From Opitutales bacterium (lineage in GTDB: Bacteria; Verrucomicrobiota; Verrucomicrobiia; Opitutales; Seribacteraceae): a DNA stretch of 64,000 bases. The notes under the pieces are model-generated. The model saw only the letters and a list, made by a program, of their open reading frames with translations, did not search any database and was not told where the DNA came from. Below, in pieces: positions 50,234 to 58,898 of the stretch. The DNA is taken from positions 6,168 to 70,167 of the forward strand of contig JAOHKZ010000007.1 in assembly GCA_028101545.1 (NCBI GenBank), written 5' to 3'. Made by a program: the position numbers and the translations under genes. Each line of letters starts with the position of its first letter. Within the stretch, counting starts at the first letter, position 1.

Positions 50234-51640
50234 CTATTTACGAAATAGGTTTAACAGAGAACCCATCACATCAGTAGAAGGTAGCATCTTTTCAGACGGT
50301 TTAATTCCATGACCCATAATAATGGGGCAATCTGATGGATCATTCGGTCTAGTGCCATGACTTCCTTTTACCAAATTTGCATCCAGGGGAATTAAATCCA
50401 TATTTGTTCGGAATCCCAATTTTTTACCGACTAATTTTTTTGCCACTTTGAGGGTGGGGAAAGAAATATTTGGATCCACAAAAAGTTCTGCCGGATCGTA
50501 GCCGTATTTTCTATGGACATCGATGCAACGGGCAAAGTCGGGAGCAAGCGAATCGACTAGCCAATGATAATAAGCGAACCATGAATCTTCAGCTGAAAAA
50601 ACAACAAAATCACCAGCTCGATGATGATCGAGTCCCCCTTTTTTTCTTGTATCTCCTTCAAGTACTTTTTCAACTCCCTCCATATTTTCAATACAGTTAC
50701 GAACTTCTTTTCGAAAACGGGGCGATTCATCCTGTAAATAAATATGAGCAACCTGATGATCCGTTATGGCAAATGCACGGGATCCTCCACAATCGAGATA
50801 ATCTAAACCGAGTTCATCCTTAATACTGAGCCATCCTTTTTCCCGAAATACCCGGTTTGGGTAAATTACATTTTTAACTTCAGTAATCCCGTATTCAGAG
50901 AGAATGATCACCCGAATACCCTTTTTTTCATAGAAAGAAATCAAATCACCGGCAATTTGATCAATTTCCATAAGGGCTTTGGAAATTTTTGAATCGTTGG
51001 GCCCCAGACGCTGGAGGTCGTAGTCAAGATGGGGTAGGTAGACCAGAGATAAGTCGGGATTCCATTTCTCTTCCGTCCATTTTGCTGATTCAGCAATCCA
51101 TTTCGATGAGGCAATTCCTGCCCTTGGTCCCCAAAATCCATGGAATGGAAACTCACCCAAATCAGCTTTCACATCTTCCCGTAAATTCATAGGTTGGGTA
51201 TGAATATCAAAAGTTTTAAATCCATCCGCTCGATAGAGAGGACGCGGGGTTATCGCGTAATCAACTGATGAATGCATATTGTACCACCAAAAAAGGTTGG
51301 CACATGAAAAATCTTTTTTCTCTTCTCGAAGGATTTCCCAGACTTTCTTACTTTGAACAAGTCGGTTGGATTGTTTCCAAAAATGGTGTTCATTTAGTTC
51401 CCGGTCATACCAACCGTTTCCAACAATTCCGTGATCTTTGGGTAGCTTACCCGTCAGGTATGTGGATTGTGCTGAACAGGTGAGGGCTGGAAGCAACGGA
51501 TCGATTACCTGATGCCCACCATTTATCTTTTGAGCAAATGCGGATAAATTTGGAGTATGTTCTCCCAGATGTCTTCCACACAACCCAACAATATTAAGGA
51601 CGGCCGCACGGGGCCATTCCTTCTCAGGGCTGTGCATCAT
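50234..51640 (-). CDS. eboF: EboF, alkaline phosphatase/nucleotide pyrophosphatase superfamily
   Basis: VLNIVGL, PALTCSAQSTYLTG, HGIVGNGW, FWWYNM, YLPHLDY, GYDPAELF and KGSHG; ebo context. Confidence 0.85.
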   Translation of the reverse strand: MMHSPEKEWPRAAVLNIVGLCGRHLGEHTPNLSAFAQKINGGHQVIDPLLPALTCSAQSTYLTGKLPKDHGIVGNGWYDRELNEHHFWKQSNRLVQSKKVWEILREEKKDFSCANLFWWYNMHSSVDYAITPRPLYRADGFKTFDIHTQPMNLREDVKADLGEFPFHGFWGPRAGIASSKWIAESAKWTEEKWNPDLSLVYLPHLDYDLQRLGPNDSKISKALMEIDQIAGDLISFYEKKGIRVIILSEYGITEVKNVIYPNRVFREKGWLSIKDELGLDYLDCGGSRAFAITDHQVAHIYLQDESPRFRKEVRNCIENMEGVEKVLEGDTRKKGGLDHHRAGDFVVFSAEDSWFAYYHWLVDSLAPDFARCIDVHRKYGYDPAELFVDPNISFPTLKVAKKLVGKKLGFRTNMDLIPLDANLVKGSHGTRPNDPSDCPIIMGHGIKPSEKMLPSTDVMGSLLNLFRK

Positions 51641-51643
51641 AGG

Positions 51644-52831
51644 TTAGGAATTTTGGAGAGAGATATGAAGGCTCTGTAAATCATCAACGGAATGGAGGAT
51701 AGCTTCGCGGTCCATGGCATGCACTTCAATACCTTCACCAATTCCCTGAATCAAAGTGATAGTCAATTCTCCACCCAAATGTTCACGGAATTCCTCCAAT
51801 CCTTCAAGTATTACTCTCTTTCCCTCTTTTGTGACCTCTTGTAAAAGACTATGGTAGATGGGGAACCCAAGTTTTTCGAGAAGGGCAAGAATTCTTTGGG
51901 TTGTTTTTAATTTAACCAAACCCACTTTTGCCGCGTAGGTCAAATCAACCGCCAACCCTATGGCAACCGCATCTCCATGACCTATTTTAAAGGAAGATAA
52001 TTGTTCGAGCTTATGTGCCACCCAATGGCCAAAATCAAGGGGCCGAGCAGACCCTTTTTCAAAAGGATCCCCGGAACTTGCAATATGATCGAGGTGTAAA
52101 GCGGCACTTTTTCGAATGACATGCTCTAAGGTCTTATCTTCAAACGCAGCTAACTGTTCAGCATTTTCTTCGATGAATTCGAAAAAGGAACGATCTCGAA
52201 TCAAAGCGACTTTTATGGCCTCAACATACCCCGCCCGTTTCTGTACGCTGGGTAATCCGAGGAGAAATGAAAAATCATTAACCACTGCATCCGGAACCGA
52301 AAATGTTCCCACCCAATTTTTCTTACCAAAATAATTAACTCCGTTTTTAACCCCGACTCCACCATCTCCCTGGCTTAAAGTCGTGGTGGGGAATCGAACC
52401 AACCGAACTCCCCGATGTGCTGTTGATGCGGCAAACCCAACCAAATCGAGTGCAGCACCTCCACCAATCACAATGACATACGAATGCCTGCACATGGCAT
52501 GGTTGTTTAGAAGAGTCCATATTTTTTCCACCAGGGACCAATCGTTTTTTGCCTGTTCTCCCCCTTGGATAAATTGGGGAGGACAAACAAGTTGTAATTG
52601 TTCATCCCTGGCTCGGAAGTACCTTGAAATTTCTTCTAATAAATTGGGGTTTCCGTCTACAATGCCTTCATCCACAAAAACCAGAGCCTTGGTTCTTCGT
52701 CCTTCCCGATGGGGTTGGAGAATTTCTGCTAAAGTGTCATTCTTGGTGGAAAAAGAATCCCGGGTGAAGAACACCATATGTGAACTTTCCAAGCGTATAT
52801 TTTTGCGTATGTAGGAGTATGAAGAAGACAT
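51644..52831 (-). CDS. eboD: EboD, 3-dehydroquinate-synthase-like sugar-phosphate cyclase
   Basis: GGEQAKN, GGGAALDLVGFAA, PTTTLSQGD, GVKNG and DPFEKGSARPLDFGHWVAHKLE; ebo context. Confidence 0.85.
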   Translation of the reverse strand: MSSSYSYIRKNIRLESSHMVFFTRDSFSTKNDTLAEILQPHREGRRTKALVFVDEGIVDGNPNLLEEISRYFRARDEQLQLVCPPQFIQGGEQAKNDWSLVEKIWTLLNNHAMCRHSYVIVIGGGAALDLVGFAASTAHRGVRLVRFPTTTLSQGDGGVGVKNGVNYFGKKNWVGTFSVPDAVVNDFSFLLGLPSVQKRAGYVEAIKVALIRDRSFFEFIEENAEQLAAFEDKTLEHVIRKSAALHLDHIASSGDPFEKGSARPLDFGHWVAHKLEQLSSFKIGHGDAVAIGLAVDLTYAAKVGLVKLKTTQRILALLEKLGFPIYHSLLQEVTKEGKRVILEGLEEFREHLGGELTITLIQGIGEGIEVHAMDREAILHSVDDLQSLHISLQNS

Positions 52832-52855
52832 GATATTCTGATACTATTTTGGCTC

Positions 52856-53785
52856 TTAGGTTGCCGCAAACTTCTTTTGTAGGATAACCGCAATTGATAA
52901 ACAGCAGAGGGTGGGAGCAATAAGTACGGGAGAGTAGAAGGCAAGGGCGGTTGCATCAAGGGCACAAATCCCAGCAAGCAAGCGGGAAACCCCAATTCCA
53001 ATCGAATCTTTTTTAGACTCTCTCATCGCGATTATGGCTGTAAAGGCAATCCATGCGGCAAGCAGTCCGACAATATTGATTAAAAATACACGTATCGGAT
53101 CAAGATTATTCCAATAAACCAAACCGGCAAGAGCGAGTAATGGAGACCCGAACAAGAGAAGTATAGAATACTGAACTGGAGTATCCCGTTTTTTTGATTC
53201 CCCACGGGCAAAAAGGCTTATTCCAACCACATAACTTCCGAGCACAGCACCCCAAAGGAAGGTCTGCGGAGAGATATTCAAATTTTCACCGGTGCTTGCG
53301 GCTGACATCCAAAGGAAAAAACGACAAAGGCCCATAATTATAATGCCACCGACCCATTTTTTATGAATATAGTCATAAAAAACAACGGACCCTATCAAAG
53401 CAAGTACCCAAACAACATCACACTTTGCTCCCTGGGTTAGAAAGGCCATACCAGTAATGAGTTCGCATATTCCGAGAATCCAAACGGTGCGAGGAGAGAT
53501 GGAATTGCTGGGTATGGGCCGTTGTGGGTTGTGTTCATGATCAAATTTTTGATCAAACGCATCATTAAGTGTACAACCTCCGGCATAGATGAGGCTGGAT
53601 CCTAGAAGAAGTAAGGCGAAGGTGGGCCAGTTAAAAAAATGAAGATCAGAAATTTCGGGAATGATCTTCAGGGTTGGGCTGGCCGAGGAATTAATGACCC
53701 AGGCCGCCAAAGCATTAGTCCAAACCGTGGGTATATTTGAAACCCGTGCCAAAGTGAAGGCTTGTGTGAAAAAAGTTTTCATCAA
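52856..53785 (-). CDS. eboC: EboC, UbiA-family prenyltransferase
   Basis: RVSNIPT, NDAFDQKFD...RPIPS, YDYIHK and MGLCR motifs; polytopic membrane protein. Confidence 0.85.
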   Translation of the reverse strand: MMKTFFTQAFTLARVSNIPTVWTNALAAWVINSSASPTLKIIPEISDLHFFNWPTFALLLLGSSLIYAGGCTLNDAFDQKFDHEHNPQRPIPSNSISPRTVWILGICELITGMAFLTQGAKCDVVWVLALIGSVVFYDYIHKKWVGGIIIMGLCRFFLWMSAASTGENLNISPQTFLWGAVLGSYVVGISLFARGESKKRDTPVQYSILLLFGSPLLALAGLVYWNNLDPIRVFLINIVGLLAAWIAFTAIIAMRESKKDSIGIGVSRLLAGICALDATALAFYSPVLIAPTLCCLSIAVILQKKFAAT

Positions 53786-53807
53786 CCATGTAACTTACAG
53801 GATGGCT

Positions 53808-54995
53808 TTATTCTTTAAGGGAGGCCTGCTTGGCTAATCCACGCACTTCTAAAGCATTTAAGGTCCATTGATACTCCTTGGCCACCTGTTCCACAACATC
53901 GAGGGTTTGTAATTCAGTAGGTAAAACTTCCCAAGTGTAAGTTTCCATTTCCAGATGTCGACAGGCGGAAGGATTAATTGCCAACCAATCGAGGGTGTCT
54001 AGAACATGGTTTTTTGTGTCGCCGAGAGGTTTTTTGGGTGAGGCATGCAAGGGAACATGAAAATGAATTCTCCATTCATCTCCCGGTTCATATTGTTTTT
54101 CGATTTCCTCTTTCAGGGCAATGTCCAAGTCCTTGTGCCTTCGTACAATATTTCCTTCTTTTCCCACCACAACCTGGTGGAGATAAACTTCTTCAACAAA
54201 AGATTGAAGAGATTTCCGGTTTTCTATGGTTGGCTCCACTTTCAAAGCGGAGCTTAAATGGAGTTTACTGAGACGAATACCAGCCTGCATAAGTTGATTG
54301 AGTCCATCACTCGCATTCTCATATTCTACTGCCAAGTGACAACAATCATAATTAACCCCGATCAACTTATTCAGGTTTTCATTTCCAGCATGTTTGTTAA
54401 GTTTTTCGAAAAAAGAAAGAGTTTCCTGTGTGGTTTCAAATGAACCCAGAGGTTCGGGTTCCAGTCCGAGGTGTAAATCCAAACCTTTCGCCTGTTTAAT
54501 TCTGTCAATTTCCAAGGCACATTGACTGAGGTTTTCGTAGGCCCTCGTTGGTATTTCATTCGCCGGATGAAATTCTTTGAAGGATGCGGGTAATGTACTC
54601 ACACTTCCCTCCTCTCCCGGTTGCAGAAGATTTTCTAGAATTTCAAAAAGTAAAATAGTATATTCCAATCGATCATTTTCAGTCCAGTCTGGTCGATAAA
54701 CTTGTTCTTTTACCCGTTCCCCATGAAAATTCCCATAGGGGAAACCATTAATGGTAAAAACATAGCAGTTTTTATCGTCCAACCAATTTTGAAAGCCAGA
54801 CAAGATTTTGGGGTCGGATAAGGATTTTGCAGCGTTAGCACTCAACCTTAGTCCAATCGCAAACCTTTCTTGGGGAGAGACTAATTTTTTGACATCCAAT
54901 ACATAGGTTTTGAGGGCGTGAAAAGTTTCCTCCCATGTGCTCCCCCGATGCACATTTGTACAGTAAGCAAGTTCAATATTTTGAAGGAGTTTCAT
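53808..54995 (-). CDS. eboE: EboE, xylose-isomerase-like TIM-barrel protein
   Basis: YCTNVH, TINGFPYGNFH, VKEQVYRPDW, LEPEP, YDCCH, WRIHFHVP and EMETYTW motifs. Confidence 0.9.
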   Translation of the reverse strand: MKLLQNIELAYCTNVHRGSTWEETFHALKTYVLDVKKLVSPQERFAIGLRLSANAAKSLSDPKILSGFQNWLDDKNCYVFTINGFPYGNFHGERVKEQVYRPDWTENDRLEYTILLFEILENLLQPGEEGSVSTLPASFKEFHPANEIPTRAYENLSQCALEIDRIKQAKGLDLHLGLEPEPLGSFETTQETLSFFEKLNKHAGNENLNKLIGVNYDCCHLAVEYENASDGLNQLMQAGIRLSKLHLSSALKVEPTIENRKSLQSFVEEVYLHQVVVGKEGNIVRRHKDLDIALKEEIEKQYEPGDEWRIHFHVPLHASPKKPLGDTKNHVLDTLDWLAINPSACRHLEMETYTWEVLPTELQTLDVVEQVAKEYQWTLNALEVRGLAKQASLKE

Positions 54996-55106
54996 ATTTT
55001 TACATTCCTGGGTAAGTAAAAATACGCATATCGCAGGGTACTTTCAAAGACAAGTTTACTCGTTTTACATCTTGTATGTTTTATTTTACCTTTTGGTATT
55101 ATGACC

Positions 55107-55141
55107 AAAAAAATGTGCGACCCAGCCCAGAGTCGCACATT
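55107..55141 (-). terminator. Intrinsic terminator of sRNA copy 1
   Basis: AATGTGCGACTC-TGGGCT-GGGTCGCACATT hairpin ending in a T7 run. Confidence 0.85.
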
Positions 55142-55178
55142 ATTTTGTTGTTATTATTTTAATAACCTTGCCCTTTGA
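55107..55178 (-). ncRNA. Candidate sigma54-dependent small RNA, copy 1 (~70 nt)
   Basis: Minus strand: CAAAGGGCAAGGTTATTAAAATAATAACAACAAAATAATGTGCGACTCTGGGCTGGGTCGCACATTTTTTT, bounded by a -24/-12 box and a terminator; paralogous to copy 2. Confidence 0.7.
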
Positions 55179-55187
55179 AATCTAGGT

Positions 55188-55205
55188 TTGCATCTCTGAT
55201 GCCAA
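55188..55205 (-). promoter_or_regulatory. sigma54 -24/-12 promoter, copy 1
   Basis: TTGGCATCAGAGATGCAA, GG-N10-GC; identical 18-mer in copy 2. Confidence 0.78.
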
Positions 55206-55339
55206 TTTTAAGAAATATTTTAAAAAGTATAAAATTGACCCTCAAAATTACTCATTTAAATAAAAATTCTTTTAGTTTGCTTACAAACTGAACAATGCAT
55301 TTTGCTGATAAATTTAATTTCAGCTAAAACAATAAAAAC

Positions 55340-55375
55340 AAAAAAAATGTGCGACCCAGCCTAGAGTCGCACATT
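55340..55375 (-). terminator. Intrinsic terminator of sRNA copy 2
   Basis: AATGTGCGACTC-TAGGCT-GGGTCGCACATT hairpin ending in a T8 run. Confidence 0.85.
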
Positions 55376-55410
55376 AATTTTTGTTATTTGTATGAATAAC
55401 CTTGCCCATC
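55340..55410 (-). ncRNA. Candidate sigma54-dependent small RNA, copy 2 (~70 nt)
   Basis: Minus strand: GATGGGCAAGGTTATTCATACAAATAACAAAAATTAATGTGCGACTCTAGGCTGGGTCGCACATTTTTTTT; same promoter-body-terminator layout. Confidence 0.7.
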
Positions 55411-55419
55411 ATCAGTTGA

Positions 55420-55437
55420 TTGCATCTCTGATGCCAA
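55420..55437 (-). promoter_or_regulatory. sigma54 -24/-12 promoter, copy 2
   Basis: TTGGCATCAGAGATGCAA on the minus strand. Confidence 0.78.
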
Positions 55438-55555
55438 ATTTATCTTTTTTTCTAAAAAGTCATTTTTTAGACACTCTTTTTAGAAATTGTTAATCTTTTA
55501 GAAATTGGTTAATTTTAAACAAAGAAATATGATCGTACCGCTAGTTGAATGTTAG

Positions 55556-56080
55556 ATGAAACTTACTGAGCCCATATGGAAGACATGGTTTGCCAAGCAC
55601 GGGGGAAAACTTCTTTTGTTTGCCCGTCAGCAAGCGCGTTACCCGGATGATGCAGAAGATCTGCTACAGGAAGCTTTTGTTCGAATCTGGAGGCTCTATG
55701 GACATACTGGCGAAGTTTCCCCCGGATTGGTCTATCGTGCTATTCGAAGACTGGCCATTGATTGGGCCAGAAGTTTGGATCGTCGTAAAATTCGCGAAGA
55801 GAAAGTCAGTTTGGATTCGCCACTATCTTCCTCTTTTGAAAGAAGCCTAGAAAGAGACGAACGGAACCAGGCACTTATTCGTGCGGTTGAAAATCTACCT
55901 AAAGAACAAGGGGAAGTATTAACTCTCAAAATTTGGGGTGAACTTACATTTGATGAAATTGCCCGTACTCTGGATTTGTCTCTAAATACGGTTGCCTCCC
56001 GTTATCGTTATGCACTGCAAAAACTTAAAGACTCCGTTCCCAGGGAAATTGAAGGTAAACCCCATTCAAAACAATTATGA
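55556..56080 (+). CDS. ECF-family RNA polymerase sigma factor
   Basis: Region 2 DAEDLLQEAFVRIW; region 4 LTFDEIARTLDLSLNTVASRYRYA. Confidence 0.95.
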   Translation: MKLTEPIWKTWFAKHGGKLLLFARQQARYPDDAEDLLQEAFVRIWRLYGHTGEVSPGLVYRAIRRLAIDWARSLDRRKIREEKVSLDSPLSSSFERSLERDERNQALIRAVENLPKEQGEVLTLKIWGELTFDEIARTLDLSLNTVASRYRYALQKLKDSVPREIEGKPHSKQL

Positions 56081-56655
56081 GTGATTTGGAAGAATTAGAA
56101 AAGGAATTGGCTGGGTTGACTCCTCGTGGACCATCCAAAGATTTCTCCAAACGGGTAGAAAATGCATTGGGTGAGGCTGGATCGGTTGCAATGCGACATT
56201 TGCCCGACCCCGAAACTTCTGGAGATTCATCTCTCCTCGTTTCCTCCATTCATTTTTGGATTCCTTTGGGTTTAGCTGCTCTTTTGGTTTTGTCGCTCTA
56301 TTTTTTAAATCCATTTTCATCAAATCTTGAAGATAGTTATTCTTCTGCTACTTTTTCACTTCAACCATCAAGTATGGTTGATGATGAGGATAGCCCTCTT
56401 CATGGAGTAACAACGGAGCAATTAGAGGATCTTTCTGGAGTCCCTGTTGACGGATGGCTTGATCCATTAACTCAGGAGAGATTGATTCGCAGAATCGACG
56501 AGGGTATAGTGGATCGGGCAACTGGTTTACCCGCCCGTCAATACCGGTATCATTTTATAGATGAAACTCTCTGGACACACCCAGCGACAGAGACCCGTGT
56601 TTTATCCACAACTCCGAGGCAGGAAGTTTACCTGATTGACTTGGAGTTATATTAA
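56077..56655 (+). CDS. Putative single-pass anti-sigma factor
   Basis: Overlaps the sigma stop (ATGA); short cytoplasmic LEKELAGLTP domain, one TM, beta-rich C-terminus. Confidence 0.7.
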   Translation: MSDLEELEKELAGLTPRGPSKDFSKRVENALGEAGSVAMRHLPDPETSGDSSLLVSSIHFWIPLGLAALLVLSLYFLNPFSSNLEDSYSSATFSLQPSSMVDDEDSPLHGVTTEQLEDLSGVPVDGWLDPLTQERLIRRIDEGIVDRATGLPARQYRYHFIDETLWTHPATETRVLSTTPRQEVYLIDLELY

Positions 56656-56718
56656 TCCACCCCCTTCCGTCCCCGCAGTTACGAAAGACTGCCAATGTTC
56701 ACCCCATAGTATCAAATC

Positions 56719-57546
56719 ATGAAAATTTTTTTCCTGTTTATTGTTGGAATTCTTTGCAATTATTCCTTAGTTTCTAAAAATAATGGCTCAGATGATCGTA
56801 CGATCGCTTATCTCGGGATTTATGCAACCAAAGTAAACCCGAATGTAAGCCATCAACTTATGCTTACAGAAAACCTTTACCTAAATGTTGAAAGGGTTGA
56901 AAAAAATAGTCCGGCCGAAAAAGCGGGCATTCAAAAATTTGATCTCCTCCTTCAACTGAATGATCAAATTTTGGTTAATCAGGAACAACTCAAATATTTA
57001 GTGCGTTCCAAAATGCCAACGGATGTAGTAACCCTCACTTTACTCAGGCAGGGAAAAAAACAAAAGATCACATTGAAATTGGGAGAAACCAATTTAACCG
57101 AAGAGAATTCCAGACAAAATTCCACTTTAGGTAATCGTTTCCCCCTTGATGATCCATTTGATATGGATCGTTTTTTTGACAATCCCCGAAATATTCGGGA
57201 TTTGATCGATCGTCATTCAATCCAGCCATACTTACATTTTAATCAAAATAGGGGACGGCATAAAAAAATCCTTCCACCCGCTCAATTGGATGATGAACCC
57301 TTGCACCCCAAGACAAATATCGAATCCTTTTCCAGCCAAACCAGCCAAAGTCAAATTATGATAACCGATGAAGAGGGGACATTGGAATGGACTGAAAAAG
57401 ACGGTCAAAAATCACTTCGAGCAACTGATCCTAATGGAAAAGTTCTTTTTGACGGTCCTATTGATACCAAGGATGAAAAAGAAGCACTTTCCCCAAACTT
57501 GAAAGAAAGGCTTAAGAAATTGGAGTCTGGTTTATCCATCCGTTAA
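56719..57546 (+). CDS. Exported PDZ-domain protein
   Basis: Signal peptide; AYLGI...NSPAEKAGIQKFDLLLQLND (PDZ); no protease domain seen. Confidence 0.85.
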   Translation: MKIFFLFIVGILCNYSLVSKNNGSDDRTIAYLGIYATKVNPNVSHQLMLTENLYLNVERVEKNSPAEKAGIQKFDLLLQLNDQILVNQEQLKYLVRSKMPTDVVTLTLLRQGKKQKITLKLGETNLTEENSRQNSTLGNRFPLDDPFDMDRFFDNPRNIRDLIDRHSIQPYLHFNQNRGRHKKILPPAQLDDEPLHPKTNIESFSSQTSQSQIMITDEEGTLEWTEKDGQKSLRATDPNGKVLFDGPIDTKDEKEALSPNLKERLKKLESGLSIR

Positions 57547-57666
57547 CACTTCGTAATCCCTGAGCCTTTTTTGAGATTTTTTTCTCCAATATTTTTCGTG
57601 TGAATTCGAGCTTGACCAAAATGTTTTTTTCAAAGATTTTAGGTTTTGCCCATTGTAAACTAAATT

Positions 57667-58737
57667 ATGAAATTGAAATTCTTTAGCCTTATTTCACTCC
57701 TTGTATCGGGAGGATTTATATTCGCGCAAATGCCTGGTATGATGACCATGCAACAAGCTTCTGCCCCCCAGGGGACTACTTTAGGAGCAAATACAACCAG
57801 CGGCGCTACCGGTATTGCCTTGGGTAACCGTGTTGTCATGCGAGGATATGTTGATTTTGTATTCAAGTATGATGACAACGCTTCAATCAGCCCCACAAAT
57901 CAGGGACAACAAACTGAAGCATTTAACACCTACGCCGATGTTGATTTCTTATTTGATTTCTCACCTGTTACTGCAGAGTTGCATGTTGCTATGACTAAAG
58001 ATGATATTTCTTTAGAGCAAGCATTTGGTCGTTACAGCCTAAATCGAGATTTTAATTTTTCTTTTGGTCGTCAATTAACAGTTTTAGGGTACGAGGCTGA
58101 CGAAGCACCGGGATTGTTTGCGGTTTCAAATGCATATTATCTGGGAGACAAAGCCTCCTCTGCTCAAACTCGTAGGAATTATAAAGATGGCGTTCGTGCT
58201 AATTTTAATAACGGAAGATTTGGTGTTACGGTTGGACTACATGATGGATATTGGGCTGGTGATGATTTTACTGGTAACAACATAGCTTTAGATATTGCGG
58301 GTTCTCTCATGATCATCCCTGGTCTCGAAGCTCGTTTAGGGTATGCGTTTGAAGAGGTCGATAAAAACAACAACACTATAGGTATTACTAAAAACAAAGA
58401 CATTTCTCAATTCAACGCATGGTTAGGCTACAACCCTGGTGATCTTACCCTCGCTTTGGAATTTGATAACTATGATATTCTTGATGATGAATATTGGAGC
58501 ATGATGCTTTTGGCAAATTACCAGTTCGTTGATTGGATGGGGGCTACTATTCGTTACTCTCATGAAGATTATGAGATGACAGGATCTGATCATGAAGCAG
58601 ATCGTTTTTCATTCGCATTGCTCTTTTCTTTGACCCAAAATTTTGGTATTAACATGGAATATAGCACTACAAGCGTAGACAGTGCTATTCTCGGTGATTA
58701 CGATGAATTCTATGTTGAAGGATTGCTGACTTTCTAA
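57667..58737 (+). CDS. Outer-membrane beta-barrel protein (putative porin)
   Basis: Signal peptide, amphipathic beta strands, LEQAF and FGRQLTVLGYEA motifs, C-terminal Phe. Confidence 0.82.
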   Translation: MKLKFFSLISLLVSGGFIFAQMPGMMTMQQASAPQGTTLGANTTSGATGIALGNRVVMRGYVDFVFKYDDNASISPTNQGQQTEAFNTYADVDFLFDFSPVTAELHVAMTKDDISLEQAFGRYSLNRDFNFSFGRQLTVLGYEADEAPGLFAVSNAYYLGDKASSAQTRRNYKDGVRANFNNGRFGVTVGLHDGYWAGDDFTGNNIALDIAGSLMIIPGLEARLGYAFEEVDKNNNTIGITKNKDISQFNAWLGYNPGDLTLALEFDNYDILDDEYWSMMLLANYQFVDWMGATIRYSHEDYEMTGSDHEADRFSFALLFSLTQNFGINMEYSTTSVDSAILGDYDEFYVEGLLTF

Positions 58738-58762
58738 GATTTTTAAGTAAAATTTTCAAAAG

Positions 58763-58795
58763 AACCTCGTTCGTGAATACGAACGAGGTTTTTTT
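58763..58795 (+). terminator. Intrinsic terminator after the porin gene
   Basis: AACCTCGTTCGT-GAAT-ACGAACGAGGTT (12-bp perfect stem) plus a T run. Confidence 0.92.
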
Positions 58796-58898
58796 GTGCG
58801 ATTTTGAGTGACAGTTTACCATACCTCCTTTTGAAGGTAGTTGGTATAACCGATAAATTTATTTACTTTGTAATCGATCAAAAAAAGATTGGAAACCT

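Noticed and set aside
51644-52831. Calling this gene housekeeping aroB
   Set aside because: The DPFExGSARPLDFGHW motif and position between eboC and eboF point to EboD.
55374-55409. Leaderless 11-codon ORF MGKVIHTNNKN in sRNA copy 2 (minus strand)
   Set aside because: Copy 1 has AAG at the ATG position and the downstream codons are not conserved, while the stem pairing is. A dual-function RNA cannot be fully excluded without ribosome profiling.
55107-55437. CRISPR array or REP/MITE reading of the duplicated hairpin
   Set aside because: Only two units ~233 bp apart, no cas genes, no terminal inverted repeats or target duplications. The conserved blocks match promoter, RNA body and terminator instead.
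58817-58848. Imperfect hairpin upstream of the PPK2 gene as a riboswitch
   Set aside because: Short, bulged, overlaps the probable promoter, and resembles no aptamer I recognise.
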